Source of the DNA: Phoronis australis
Lineage: Eukaryota > Animalia > Phoronida
Direction of reading: 5' to 3'
NCBI GenBank assembly: GCA_002633005.1
Contig: NMRA01000049.1
Coordinates: 784,394 to 848,393, forward strand
Length of the DNA: 64,000 nucleotides
Position 1 is the stretch's first letter. Each line of letters opens with the position of its first letter. The position numbers and the translations under genes were made by a program. Shown piece by piece: positions 23,123 through 37,487 of this stretch. The notes below the pieces were generated by a model, which saw only the letters and a program-made list of their open reading frames with translations, ran no database searches and had not been told where the DNA came from.

Positions 23123-23215
23123 AGACAGACAAACAGATAGACAGACAGACTGACAGATAGACAGACAAACAGACAGCGAGACAGACAGACAGACAGACAG
23201 ACAAACACACACACC
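23123..23215. repeat. (AGAC)n/(AC)n microsatellite
   Basis: Directly visible. Confidence 0.95.
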
Positions 23216-24971
23216 CAAAGACATATAAGTGGTCATGGGTTGCACAGATGCAATAGTGAGTCATATTTGGTGATGAGTCGCATATAAGTTGTGGGGATTA
23301 TTTAGTTACGAGTCTCAGCGATGAAGTCTTTAGCAAAGGAGGTTCGTTTTGGCAAATGGCAAAGCTAATCGACTGAGGTACGTGCGGCATACCTTTTAGT
23401 TAGTCATTGGTTGTGGAGGAAATAAATATATTTGTAAGGGTGGATCAACGCGTTTTATTACAGCCTTTAATTTGAAAAATCGCTATAGCTTTTAATGTTT
23501 AGGAGCACTGAGTACAAAGTAAAAATACCAGATGAACCTACCACCTTGGCAAGTCCGTCAAAATACAGAAAATGAGAGCTAAATGCAACGATTGAGTTGT
23601 ATAATTATACATATGGTTACAAAAACCAATAGCGAAAAACTGCATCTGCCCTGAAACGATTCATGTAATTTGAGACACCACTTCATCCCATACCCGTTGA
23701 ATAAGTTGAGTGCAATACGGCCACTCCCGGGAATACTTTAAAAATTCCCCGTGACATGGAAAATTCAAAAGGTAGGTCAGCGTCGATTCGACATAGTTAG
23801 CCAGTTCAATCGTCAAACTTCCCCAAAATAGTATAAAGCAATGAATTTGCAGCAGTATAAATAACACTCAGCATGCAGTCAAGTTTTATTTGCTCGGCAC
23901 CGATTCCTCGATAACTACAATTTTTTAAAAATGTTGTTATTTAATTATTTTCAGGAAATGTCACAAGTTCAATGCACAATAACCGTTGTTTTCATCTTTG
24001 TTATCTCTTTTCAAGTAATAAATGGTGGCATTTAAAACTGTTTCTTTTACAGAAACTAGAGAACTTGTAACGTAACATGCAGGTATATACATATCGGCTA
24101 CTGAACAGTCTGGCTGAAGTATTTAAAATCTGCCGAAAAATGATAGAAAACTAAGAATTCGAAGCGCATGGGATAAGTACAAAACGAACTTCGACTCGGT
24201 CGATACACGGAATAATGTCTCGCGGGATATTACTTCATGTAAGCCACTCTCGTTACGTTTTGTGTATGCATTCGCATCCGTATCAGAAGTACTTTCTTGT
24301 TTTTGATACGGTCCCCTATTTAGTATTTACATATTCAAGCAGGATAAGCAAAGCACATCGCGAGTAGACACGCAACAAGTCTGTAAATATGTATTAACAT
24401 GTAAAGACAATTCGAATCACACAGCCAAGTCTTGGGATAGAACGAACTCATAAATACGTCACAAATGAGCTATAGTATACGTAAATTTAGGCCTATGCTC
24501 CTATATCCGAAATAATGCGTTTTTCCAAAGAAAACATCCTACTTGCGTGCTTCACATATAAGCGCGTGCGCCTAAGTTTGACTTGCAAGCGCAGACTGCT
24601 CACGCAGCTGGGAGTCGTACGTCTATTCACTATCCATTGTAAAACACTGTCCATTCTAAAACCTTTTATTTACTATAATCGTTAGGTCTAATACGTCAGC
24701 GTCTACCATTTGGTAACGTACAAGTCGCGTTTGACTGCTTAATTTTCTAAAACACTTCACCTTGGTTTAGCTCTAGTGCTTAACATATAGGCGCGTGCGC
24801 CCCATTGCGAGTACAGACGCAGCCTCACGTATAGACGTACGGACCTAGATAAGGTAAAATACATTTTAAAACATTTCCAAGTTCAAAAAAGCGTGCACCA
24901 GGGAGAACACAACCCAAGGACCTACCATAAGATCATCAGATACCCCTCGTCGTTCTTCTAAGAATACTGTA

Positions 24972-25014
24972 ACATCTGAAGATGGCCGGAGAAGTTACCG
25001 ACCGAAACGTTGTG
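24972..25014 (+). ncRNA. Minimal hammerhead ribozyme motif (Penelope type)
   Basis: ACAT-CTGAAGA-T-GGCCGG-agaagtta-CCGACC-GAAACGTT-GTG has both core boxes, a stem II with one mismatch and a palindromic AACGTT stem III. Confidence 0.65.
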
Positions 25015-25377
25015 CCAATGTAAATAGGGCAGAAGATGGCGGTGTAAAGCACCAAAGAGTTTAGAAATGATAAGCTTACAGGTGAAACGCTCGGGTGAAA
25101 TCAAGACATTTCTAAACTAATATTTAAATTGAGAAAAAATTGAGTTATCCATTACAAAATAGTAGACATTGACGTGTATTCAATTAACAGTAGCTATTAA
25201 ATGAAAAGTAGACAAAAAGCATAACGGGCAATGAATACTAGACCTACACACATAAACACAATGCTATTGACAGCCCAACGTCTATCAGTAAAGCTAAATG
25301 AAACAAACGCAAATTCGGTAACCAGAACGTCCTTCCTAGAATATAAATGCGTGTAGTCAAATTCCAAGTGCCAGAAA

Positions 25378-25694
25378 TCAAACCGGCATGCTGTGATGTT
25401 CTGTATTATCAGAAACAGAGTCGGTGCTGAGAAAAACATGATTGGATTTTACTCCAAAGTGACCGGATCGTTGGCCAGTCCACAGAACAAACTCATACGT
25501 TGTGTTCGGCTTCAGGCCAAACACACGATGTTCTGGGCGACAGAAGAGGACCTTCATTCGCCATGTTTTCCTGCCTGATGCTTCCCTGAACAACAGGTGG
25601 TGAGTCACGTGATCGTTTGGCTCGGCTGTGGACGTGCTGTATATGTGTATGGCTGTGGTAAATGTCCGACAATGGTCTTCACTTATTTCCGGTT
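25378..25694 (-). CDS. TRIM exon 7 (second FN3, stop codon)
   Basis: cttttcag|(Q)PEISEDHCRTFTT...HHLLFRE...VFGLKPNTTYEFVLWTGQRSGHFG...PV*. The seven exons sum to 1779 nt (592 aa plus stop). Confidence 0.8.
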
Positions 25695-27849
25695 CTGAAA
25701 AGAGGTAGGAACCATTAAAGCAAAACTCATTACGCTTCGCTTTAAACCCTCATTCAAAGAAGCTAACTTTTAATTCACTTGAATTAAATTTTGACCTTGA
25801 GAGAAATGAGCCCATGGATCGCTTTTCACGGGGTGTAATTTTAACGTGGACCCGTGAAAAACGCCCGGGCTGCTGATGAAAGCTTGTCAGCAGTTGAAAA
25901 TCTGTCAAAGGGGCATTTTTGACGGTCGTATAACTACAAAAGCAAAGTATTGGCATGCAATTTGACGTCAAAGGGAAGGTGCTCCCAGCGTCACGTCTTC
26001 GGAGGTGCGAGAAATAAAATTGTGAGAGGTGAAAACTGATCGCCACCGGAGGGTGAGGGGACAATTAGCGGGCAGTTGACGAGATCTGGAGACAACCACG
26101 CGAGAGGTGGAGCCCAAAAGTGAGCGTTTGCACCCTGGCTGCTTGCCCACGGCCGGTGATTAGATGTATGGTCAGGCAATTGGCCGGGCTCCACAACTGA
26201 CGTCAGTCAGCTGTATATCAGACACCTGTATAATGGTAAAATGATCAATGTGCAGAGGCGGCAACTCCCCGATCACCTAATAAAAAATCTTGAATTCTTT
26301 ATCACAAATATTTTTGAAATACAACTAGAAACCTCTCAGAAATGCTTAAAATGCATCACAGAGCATCTGAATTACAGTAGCTTCGAGCCAACTGTAAGTC
26401 ACTCGCATTCGTGTCTTCGGTCCATAACTTACATGTACTCATACTTAGGGATCTAGGAGGGAGAACCTCTCTCTTTCACATGTTTAAATGCGGAGTCTCT
26501 AGATGCGGTATTTCCGCCATCTGCCCATCGACTTAGAATGAGTGTTGTGTTATCTTTCGTAAATTACAATCTCCGTGATTGAAATGAACTGCAGGGAGTG
26601 TTTGTTTTTAAAACTGTAAAGTAATAGTGGTGTTGAGTTTGAATTAGGATTCTCGCCGTCCATACATGGCTGTTGAAACATAGGGAATGCTGCAGGCGAT
26701 TAGTACAACACGGTCTGAAAATGATTTTACAAATTCCGAAACTTCACAGATTGCGCCCATGGTGGCTAGAATGGTATCACCCTTTCTCCAAGCGAATTTA
26801 AGTGTGCTACTTTTTGCGCCAGGGAGCTAGCAAACTGGCCAATGTCCTTTAATAACAGGAGTGATGAGTGAAGTAAAAAGTGGTCGTTGTCAACGCCATA
26901 CACCAGTGATATGTTGGATCTGGGACGCACTTCGCAAATCAGGCCTATACTGAGGAGGGGGGGGGGCAACAACGCAAGTACACTATCTTTCCGAAACTTG
27001 ACCTGACCTGACCTGACCTCGTCAACGTCGCTACATAGAAACTTTCAACGATACATACATGATCGGATTATCATGGAATATTAGATTTTGATTCACTTAG
27101 TGGATATTTATGCTTGAATAGCTCCAGTGACAGCTGATGCTACAGTAAAGAATAGTTTATGTTGCTTGTGAATAACTGATTGTGCAGGAGTGTCAGCACA
27201 AATATTTTGACACACAATGCAATAAAGTCCCATTGTGATCGTCGAAACATTGCCATTTGAACTGCACAACTTTATTTGGATCTTCACCTCATTGAAATTA
27301 GAAGTGACTATCGAACTTCAGAGGAAGGAAGACTGAACGTAATTAAGTCGTAAGTGACATTCTTAGGACTGCGCAAAATCACCATCTATTACTTTACACG
27401 AAACTTCAACTGAATAAAAATCCTCTTCCACAGCCTAAAATATAGGGGGCTCGAATTTTTCAGTATGTGGACCTTTTACTGACAAAAACGGGGGCTAAAA
27501 ACGAAAAAAAAAACGGAGTACTAAGTTCAAATTGGAACCTATTTCCTATAGACTTTTGTCTCGCTTTCTCGGACTTTTGGTTTCTCTGCGGGGGACCTGT
27601 TTGCCCACTTCGCAAAATGGGTGACTCATTCGAGCCCCCTCAAATAGGCCCCCTTGGGTGCGCGCATGCACAGTGTCTGCTGTACAGTACTGCTGGTAGC
27701 AACGGGAAAAGTCCACTGAATGAAGATACTGTCAATGGCAATATGGCAGGAATTACCCTAGTTCCGTGACCAAACACTAGGGAGAGTTACTAGTTGATAC
27801 ATTGAGATTCAAAGACAGCAAAAACCATGTTTCACTACTGAAGACTCAC

Positions 27850-28054
27850 GGCTTATGTTCAGAGCTCCAGGCGTCATAGTACGTATCTCAATCATAGAGG
27901 ACTGTTCCCCTACCCCGGCTGCATTCCAAGCACTTAACAAACAGTGACCAATGCTGTCTAAGCGGAGATTGTCCAGCATTATGACACATCCCGCGTCATC
28001 TGGGCTCCTTGCGTCTCTCCTGAACTGACTAGAAGGTGTCGTCACAATTATCTC
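27850..28054 (-). CDS. TRIM exon 6 (first FN3, C-half)
   Basis: ttttcag|EIIVTT...LDNLRLDSIGHCLLSAWNAAGVGEQSSMIEIRT..LNIS|gtgagt; phase 0/1. Confidence 0.8.
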
Positions 28055-29293
28055 CTGAAAACAGATACACAATAAATACACTGTACACCGCATGGCCAAT
28101 GATAGCCAATCTTTCCTTTACATAATTCTAAGTACTTGCTTGCTATAATGTGTCGGAAGTACTGCAGGAAGGCAAAAGTAACATCCAACAGGGCTCCCGA
28201 GGGCTCGACTGTCGGAAAAAGTGTTGGGCTCTTTCGGAACAGTCGCAGCCCACAGATCGGTCACGGATCACTTTATCAACAAAAGGAGAAGTCGTACAAC
28301 ACCTTCCTTGACAATCGGTTAACTTACAACGATACCAAACCGTCTTTGGCCTATTAACAGACATCAAAAACGACTTTCCCATTCAGGTCTCTGAAACAAA
28401 GTAACACCCTACCTCGGCAACTCTCAAATGTTTGAAACAGTCTGCTAAACGGACAAGTGTGACCTATGCTTTTAGCGAGTTACAGGACTGTTAGGGAAAG
28501 ATCACTCACCAAAAACGTACTAGTTAACCTTTGATATAGACAGTACATGTATGTGTGTTTGGTTGAATCCTTGTTTCATCACTGAAGTGAGACGACAATC
28601 GAGCATAAGCAGGTGACTGAACGAGGATTGGATAAAAATCACCAAAACAGGGTTTAGTATCTTTTGAAATATTGTAACGGGCGAAAATTGAGAAATGGAC
28701 ATCTTTACTACATTTTTATATACATGCATCCAGAAAGAGCCCCCTCGAGCCAGAGCTTTTTGAACATTTTCAGATAAAACCGCCTATTAGTCTTTATAGG
28801 TGTTTTGCGGAAATCCCTAGCACTGCTGAAAGCATACGGAACACCGCGGGATTTTTAATAATCTCAAATAGCCCCTCCATAAATGTTTCTCATGTGAACA
28901 TATGCGAACTTGGATCGGAACAGCAAATGGACGGGGTATAAAAATCATGACTACCATTCCAGCAAGCTTGTATGTTTCAAACTTCAATATCCATAGTCAT
29001 AAACTTGTCATTGATTGGACATAACGAATAAGTAAATCTACGGGTAGATAAAACAAAAGAGTGCGCGTTGAATAAGTGCCCAACGATGATCGTTTAAGAA
29101 CTAGAGGTGTACGTTGAATAAGCAAAACTACGCGGTGATTAAGCATATTTCAACGCTCAGAATGTTACACCTTTCATAAGAACGTAACACGTGCATGCAC
29201 GTGCCAGATATTCAAATCAACAGGGGCAGTTTTTTGGATTGTATCCAGTGTTGTTTTCTTATTGTTACAAAATAATGTTAGTTATTGACTCAC

Positions 29294-29436
29294 CAGAGAT
29301 TCTTCGGCGGCCTCTCCTTGCGGCACTATGTATTGCACCTTGTAGCCATCTATGACGTCATCTGACGCAGCCAGAGGTATCAAAACGAACGTGAAACTTG
29401 CCAAGCATTTAGTTTGCAGGCACGGTGCAGCCGGCG
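29294..29436 (-). CDS. TRIM exon 5 (first FN3, N-half)
   Basis: ccacag|(P)PAAPCLQTKCLASFTFVLIPLAASDDVIDGYKVQYIVPQGEAAEESL|gtgagt; phase 1/0. Confidence 0.82.
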
Positions 29437-30598
29437 CTGTGGCAAAAGAATAATTTCATATACATGATGGGATAATAATAGACATCGCTAACTTTCTCTT
29501 CTTTTAGCTTCAGATCGAAATCCTAAGCATCAAGAACAGAAGAATGTGTCTTACTGGGCTACACTCTTTTATCGCTTCAAGGAGAATTTTACGGTTTGAG
29601 AGGAAGCACTTTCTGCCCTCAACACGAAAGTGAGATGGTAAGACATGGTCTTGGGAATCACACGTCCTTCTGGGTAGAAGGTTTAAATTCACTTAAATGT
29701 GAGTTGATTCAACAAGCCAAAGGACTGGTGGTTGTGGATACTACCTTTGAACAGTAACTTGAACCAATTACCAAGCATGAAGTTGTTACTACTGGCGTTT
29801 TTTCTGGACTTTTATCCTCTCTCGTCGGAGGGAATGTTGCACATGCTCTAGAGAATCACTGGACCTGTAGCACACATATGTGATAGTGGGAGACTTGCTC
29901 TAAGAAGTCACTGATCATTCCGGGTAAAATGTTAAGTGATATGACCAGTGAAGGCAGTGATACCTGTGGAAACTATCTGTAAATGTTTACGTGGATCAAA
30001 AGCCAAGCACCAAAAGCAGAGGAATGTGCCCAACATGGCAGCTGACTTCAGAGACTTCTCTCTGGAAGAACCTGATGCCTACATATGTATACACAAACAT
30101 TGGTTTCATATCGAGTCTTTTGTGGTATGAGTCAGAGCTACGTGGCTTGCCCACGTCCCATGCAATTTTGGCATGGGTCACTTGTAGAGTATTTTTAGAG
30201 TCACTACCAATAACAAAACCATGGATCAAGTAAAGCTTCTTGATTGTTTCAACCTGGAGATTCACCGCCGCTAAGTCCAAACACTAGCACGATTGGTTAA
30301 GGTTTGTGTTTTCAAAATGCAGTGATGTTGGTTTTTAGTCCATATTTTCAAAGAGAAGAATTTCCATGTCAGATGAAATGGGTCGATGGGCTCCATTTTC
30401 CCCAGCGCCAATTGATATCAGCAGAAATGGGTAAGGGATCCTTCCTCTTTTGGCTAAGCCACACCTGGCCCCATATTTGAGGCGCAGATCAGAGCATATT
30501 AAGTTAATGTTTGCACAAACTTGAGATATTCAAATCTAAATTTTGCGATTTCGACATGGCCTAACTAGTCCGTAGGTCTTCATACGAAGTTAACTCAC

Positions 30599-30729
30599 GA
30601 ACTAAATACTTCATCTGTGACAAAGCAGATTTCTCCTTCCTCAAGTCAACAACTTTAGAATTCAGCTCGACCATCCAGTCAGTTGGTGGAGTTGCACATT
30701 CAATCTGAGCTGGGCTTCGCCTTAAGATT
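30599..30729 (-). CDS. TRIM exon 4 (COS box)
   Basis: ttttcag|..ILRRSPAQIECATPPTDWMVELNSKVVDLRKEKSALSQMKYLV|gtgagt. Phase 2/1 fits both neighbouring exons. Confidence 0.82.
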
Positions 30730-31711
30730 CTGAAAAGAGTATTAAGCAAATAGTTATGACCGCCATGCTTTACATGAACATTGTTCAGTTATTGAGGCAC
30801 AGCAACTTACATTTAGTAATCTTCCAGTTCTAACGTGTGTCTTTCTTCCCATCACCCTGCAATGCAGTTAGTTTTCTATAGTCAGTTGATTGAGTCGCAC
30901 GGCAATGTAAATGACCCAGAGACTGTGAACTAACATGTCTGTGAGGAAACAACGGGGGAGTGAAAATTTGTTTCGTGACCTGTCGTGAACAACGGATGCG
31001 ATTACATAAAACATGAGTCTTTCACGTCCATGAAACGGTATTCGAAGATTAACCTGAATGTGATTCTGTCTTGAAGTGCGAAATTATTCTGAACTCGTGA
31101 TCGTGAACGAAAATTGGTTCATGTACTAGGGCGACCGGGAGATTAATGGTGCCAAAGAAGGAGAATTTAATGGAGACGGGTACAGGAACAGAAAAATCTC
31201 CGGTGATCAGCGTTCGACATACAAGCTGGCCCAGTGGCCCGGGTCCAGTGGATTTGTGGACGCACCAGTTAACTTTCACATATAGGCCCTAGGTGGATGT
31301 GGTCTCATATTCAAGTAACTGGCCCGACGGCCAGCACCTTTATTTGCTGAAGCTCGAACACTGCCCGTGGACCGTAAATCTGATACAAATGCGATTGTAA
31401 ATTAAACACATTACGTGCTTGGATCGTTACAACGGCTACGTATCCTCGAGATCCATTCAATTGATGTTAATGTCAGCTACCATATCCGCTAAAACCAAAA
31501 TGTATAATTCAATATAGAAAAATCCAGCCAAAAACGGGTGCTCTCATTGAAAATACACTGCCATAACTCACCATATCTCACGAGGTCTCGTTTTCTAACG
31601 AGGTACTAGCTTTATTGAACCCGTATTTACAGCTTCTTAAGGTAATCGTTTTCTGGGAATTGCACATCGTCACGACCAGTAGTGTAAGACAGCAGAGCAA
31701 ATCTGCCTTAC

Positions 31712-31968
31712 CTGTGATTTATTCCTGAAGCAAGTTGAAGGAAGGAAACGCAATCGCTTTCTGCCAACACTTCCTTTGCGTAAATAGACAAACTTTGGCA
31801 ATCTGCCAGACTCTTATTCATGCGATCAATTTCGACTCGAACGCTGTTGGTAAGCTCCTGCTCTTTCTGTCCCAAGTCAGAAAGAAAAAATTGGCGCTTG
31901 TTCTCAATTTCCGTGATAAGACCATTGCACTGCTCGTTAACACCAGAGGCTCTTCTCGCAAGCTCATC
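31712..31968 (-). CDS. TRIM exon 3 (coiled coil/BBC)
   Basis: tcttag|DELARRASGVNEQCNGLITEIENKRQFFL...AKEVLAESDCVSFLQLASGINH(R)|gtaagg; phase 0/2. Confidence 0.88.
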
Positions 31969-33499
31969 CTAAGATACAGAAATTTACTTAAAATCCTGCC
32001 TATGACGTACAGTCCGGCGGTAAAACAACGTTCAAAGGCTTTTTCAAGAAGTACGCAATATCAAAATGACAAAGAAAAATTGAAACAACTTTTAAGCAAA
32101 ATGAATAAATGAACCATTAAGACTAGATCGTGTAAATTAACGTAATATGAAAATTCAAACTATGACTAAAACGCACATGTAGGCTATGAATAGTAAAAAT
32201 ATCCCTAAACGCTACAATCCGCATACAGACCTTCATCTGTGCAGTACAATGTGTATATTTAGGCCTTGATATCCGAACAACACGTTTTCGCTCAAGTGTC
32301 TCGAATGTAGGCTCATCACGTATAACCTAGGTACCATTTATAAGCGCAGGAAGCTATCCCTTGCATATGTTCACGTCTTCCATCCGGAATACTTTCGTAG
32401 CGGCTCAAATTTTCCCTTAGGAGTGTTTCACAATTGCGCAACCATGGAAGCAAAGGGATTTGTTAAAGAGATTGGCTAAAACCATGGCTTCAGTCTAGCA
32501 GGTCTCAAAATATTACGTGAAGGTCATTCTGAATGTTTAGTCTGCCTCCTGGTGTACGGTTAATTCTTATACCATAGTCATATATGACTAACTGCAATGA
32601 TAGAAATTCGCAGATGCGAACATATGAAACACCTCCGAGGAGTAATTTCGAAGCACATCACGCCATTTCGGTAGCCTTCAATTCTTCATGGAGTTGAATG
32701 TTATCTGCGCACGTTCGAGCTTCAGGCGTACAGCAAGTCATCTGACTTTTAAACCAAAGAACAATAGGTTGTATAAGAGACTTTCGCACATGAGCAGATA
32801 ACATTTACTTTCAAGGGGTTTCAAGACTACCAAAATGTCCATTCGAGTTTTTCTGGATACCTGCTACGAACATGCCCGAAGTGTTCCGGATGATACCAGA
32901 GGAGTTCAGACTTGGCGAGATCGCGTTTTGGTTATACCTAAGATTTCAAGTACAACTTTGATGAACCTAACAAGCACGTTTTGTCATTTCAAACAAGCAA
33001 GGAGGTCACTGAATTTGATTGGTCTGCTAAGCGATAAATTGTAGTAAGATTGTCAAGCTTTACGGCAGAACGTGGAAAGCACACAGCTGTGAAACGCTGA
33101 ACAATCACATATTGTCTATTGTAGAAGCAGCCAAACTTAGCAACAGCTATAGATAGGGTACATTCAGGATACTAAGCCCTGTTGTGACCTGTCCACTAAA
33201 TCGCAGAGATCTCAAACACAAAATAATTCTCCTTAACACTTTTCAATTCTTAAACATTTGACGAGATACAGAAACTCCTTTCCAAGTTTGCTAAATCGGT
33301 AAGCTTGTCTAACGCTATTGGTTTGGAGGAGTTAAAGCGGTACACTAAACCTATGTTTTCAGTCAACAAGAGTAACGTGAAATGCGCCCACGAATACACC
33401 GCAAACGGTGTTCTTCTAGGGTTGTTTATTTGTATCATAAGAATGGTCACTAGATGACGCAAAAGTGTCCAATCCATCCGAAAACGGGAATTAGCCATT

Positions 33500-34330
33500 G
33501 CTTCTTGAATAGAAAGCTATTTACCAAATTTCATAAAAATCTGTCACGGAATTTCAAAGAAACAAAGGAAAACGTAAAAAAAAAAGAAATTGCCGATAGG
33601 GGCACAACGTTCGTTGGATCCGCCTGAAAGTCGTCGTCGTAGTCTGTTGATAGCTTCATATAAATTCACTTACTAAATTTAATAATAAAGATCCTTACCG
33701 TGGGTTTAAGATATGGACGCAAAACAAAACAAAACTACCACTAGGTGGCGCGACAGTAGTCGAAGTTGTTATCGTTAGCCGTCCTCTTCCCAATGAGACA
33801 TATACATCTACGGCAATTTTGGTTGATAGAGAGGTGGACGCCAAAAACAGATACGAAAGCAGCAAAAATGGCCACTAGGTGGCGCAAAATACCTCGATAC
33901 CATCCGAAAAAGGGATGATCGCCTCACTTCACCAATAGATTCCTATATTCCAAATTTTACTGATGAAAATCTGTTGAGGTAAAAGTAAAAACTAAAATTG
34001 TCACTAGGGGGCACACCGGTAGTCAGATCCATCAAAAGTCGTGGTCGTCCGTTGTCAACATCATATAAATACTCTTGCCAAATTTATTAAAGATCCTGCA
34101 TGCGGTTTAGGAGATATAGCTATGGGCGCAAAAAACTGTCACTTTATAGGAGGCGCCACGGTCGTTGAAGTCGTCGAAAAATCGTCGCCACCCGTCTTCT
34201 ACATAGTAAGAACATACATGACAATTTTCACAATCATCCTTAGAAAGGTTTGATTGATAAAGGGGCGGACGCCAAAAAAAAAAAACAGTAAAAATGGCCA
34301 CTACGTGGCGCAAGGTAAATTGAATCCGTC
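33500..34330. repeat. Dispersed tandem-structured repeat (Helentron/DINE-like family)
   Basis: Recurrent AAAATGGCCACTAGGTGGCGC...CCAAATTT.AT...AATC units. Related sequence occurs at ~35720-35980, 39830-40870, 52960-53460 and 61270-61932. Confidence 0.6.
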
Positions 34331-35719
34331 TGAATACGGGAGTATATGCGGCTAAATCACAATCAATGTCCATATTCGAGAGTTGACTGTGTTACGGTCT
34401 AAAATAACTTTTTGGTCACTTACCAAATGTCAACTGAATCTCATTATGCAAAAAGTTATTTAGTTGTTCAAATTAAAAGGAATCATCAAAATCGGACAAT
34501 GTTTGAGAAATTTATGGATGTTTTTGTCCATGAATTTCATGCATTATTAGCGTTACGAGTGGCCATTTTAAAAATAGCAATTTTCAACTGTCAAGAGTAG
34601 AAAAGAAATTTATTTTATCAAACAAGCAATTGTTTAGATATGACTGGGAATAGCTTGAGTAGCTTTCAGATTCAATTAGATGAAGTTGTGCTTAATCATT
34701 GAGAAATAGTAGATTTTAATTATTTTTTATAAACCTGAAAAGTCATTGAAATGTAGTTTACGTACCCCCGTGCAGTGTACGTACCTTCAACCTCTGTGCT
34801 GTGAAGTATTGCCCACGAGAATTTTTGCATACTGCTGTTCTCATGAACAATACTGATATTTCCAAAATGAATACAGTCTGACAAAAAAACAATGGACATC
34901 ATCAAATTTGTGGACAATAAAATGCCACAAGGACTTGGCTAGTACTAAAAATCCAAGAAAGCACGTAATGTGACAACTGATGTTGCAGAGGCAGGTTCTC
35001 TATCTCTCAAGACAACTTCAACTTGCAACAAACCATCAAGTAGAGGCAGCACAAAACTCGAGACTATCCCATACATTTGAAACTTAGTCAAAATTTGACG
35101 TTGATTGACTGTGTGTAGTGTAAGTACCCCCCAACCAGTACAATTTTTTATTGTTTTCAAGTGGAACACTGGGCCTAGCATTGCTTTTAGTATTTTGACC
35201 AACTGGTGAATGTATTGAAAACTAGGCAAATAGCACCAATAAAGTTTTTGAAAAAGTAGTTGCTTGTCATTTTCTTTTTGTAAGAATCATGTTGCAAGAG
35301 AAGGAAGTTCTCATTATACTGTGTTAAGATATGCAATGTATCATCATCTAGAACAACTTGATCGGCACGGTAATAACTTTTCTTATTTTACGTGATACTT
35401 CTTCAATTTTAAATTAATCAAAACTTATTAAATTAACAGCCACCTTATGGATTTTTGCATGGTAGTGAGTGGGTTGTGACCACAAGTTGTAGTGTACGTA
35501 CTCTTTTATACAAGTGCGATGCATTAGGCCATAAAATTTTATTCGGTGGTTCCTGTGCAAAATTATTTTAGATTACAAACCTGGAATGATGGTACTTTAA
35601 AATAACCCAGCTTTTACAGTTATATGACAACCTTCATTTTTCACTGAAAGTGGCCACCAAATATGGACCTTGACTGCGATTTGGCCGATGGCATCACCTC
35701 ACTAATAGATGTTTAATAG

Positions 35720-35980
35720 CCAAATTTTATGAAAATCTGTTGAGGACCTCCGAAGATACAGAGGTAAGTGTAAAAATTAAAATTGCCCCTAGGGAGCGCG
35801 CCGGTAGTCGGAGATGTCCGAAATTGGTCGTCATCCGTCGCCAGCTTCATTGGAACACATCTGCCAAATCTCATCAAGATCCTGTCAGGGGTTTAGGAGA
35901 TACAGCTGCGGACGCTGGACGCCCAGACAGAGATGACGGCAATATTGGACCACATATAGATATGTGGGCGCATAAAAACA
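35720..35980. repeat. End of the same repeat family, with a GAC(G/A)-rich tract and terminal hairpin
   Basis: GATACAGCTGCGGACGCTGGACGCCCAGACAG, then the hairpin CCACATAT-AG-ATATGTGG, then GCGCATAAAAA. A similar end (GGGTGCATAAAAA) lies at ~61920. Confidence 0.55.
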
Positions 35981-37487
35981 AGTCTTGATTGAAACCACTT
36001 ATGCTGGTCTCAAATTGTTCCTTTGTCAAAAATGGTGTGATTATGCGCTAAAAAAGATGCATTGACAATTCCTCATTTCCTTAGCCAAGCCGATGTGAGG
36101 TTGGTAAGAAGAAATAAGGAATAAAGGTTTTAGCTAACTGGTGCTTATGACGAAGCTCACTTAACCAGCTTTGAACAGGGTTTGAGTATCTTTTTAACCC
36201 TTGCCAGTATCACTGTGTCTGCTGTAACTAGCCTAGTTAAGAAGCATATCAAGTTCCCTTTAGCTGCAACACTGATAGATCAACAACAAAAGGCGCAGTG
36301 TGACAAAACCTAAACTATAAAACAGCTGTGAAATTGTGAACTGCAAACAAGAATACGTGCAAGTAATTTTGGCACAAAAATATTCATGATTCATGTAAAA
36401 TATAAATGATACGCCCATGGTCGATCGGTTTTATATTGGTCTATAAGTGGTTGTAGCGAAAATACGACAGCGAGAATCGACCGACTATGTGTCGAAGGTT
36501 ACACGTTTCCACTTTGATGAGCTCATGTTGTCCTACGTACCTTAATTTCCTCCAATAAATCTTCTCTAGTTTTTATAGCATCGACATAAATATCTTGGAA
36601 TGAGCTTTGGAGTTTGTTTATGTTTTCTTCATGCTGTTTCTAAATATAACGTAAAAAGTAGGTAATATCAATTCAAATAACCATTACTTCAAATAACAAA
36701 TGCAAACGAGGCAAAAAGAAGCAGGAGAGGACATGCGGTCGGCGTTTACTGAAAAGCAATGAATATATTGGAAATGTTCCAGAAAACGACGACTTCTCAT
36801 TGTCCTACAGCTAAGAAACCCAGGATTTTGAAAATAAACAATGCGCAATTTGTTTATACCGGTTTTGTAATTTCTTTCAACAGAAAAATATTCAAATTGT
36901 GTCCTTTGTTTCAACTTGGCAATGGTGTTACGCTTTCGGAGTGTCAATTTCAGGTTCTTACATGCACGTTACGTTGGCCTTTTGTGCTCTAGGACATTGA
37001 GCGTCGTCGGTTCCTCGTAACCTTCCTCCGTTTAGTTTTTACGCCCCTGTGTATGCAATGTGATTTTCGTATATTCTTATGTAACTATGTGGTACCTCAT
37101 CGTATTATGAGAATCGTTGGCGCCTTATACGACCAGCTCGAATATAAGTTTAGATCAGACGTCGTACACGAACTTGCTAAGACGTGTTCTGACTCATGTA
37201 CGTGTGCCACCAATCGAAGTATCGTGCGTAAAAAAATCATTTCACAGCGACCATGTGATTCGGGAACATTTATAAAAAAATTTAAGAAACGTATACATGT
37301 GTTTTCATATGTTTTTAGAGTCGTTGGGCACGTTAGGTTTGTCGTATGCAAGAATAACGAGAGATTCGAGATACGAAAACCACATCGTGTTCACAATATT
37401 GTACACTAATTGCGTCAAATTACAGCATAAACTGCTAAAAGCCAGGCGCATTACGGGCTCAGAGCTGTCTTGTTCATGCTTATGTAC

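Noticed and set aside
23000-23264. Short ORFs rich in CLSV/VC repeats (also 56042-56328)
   Set aside because: They are translations of microsatellites.
29555-29669. Possible extra TRIM exon with AG/GT boundaries
   Set aside because: Its only open frame is phase 2/0, incompatible with the phase-1 downstream exon. Exon 30729-30599 fits and encodes the COS box.
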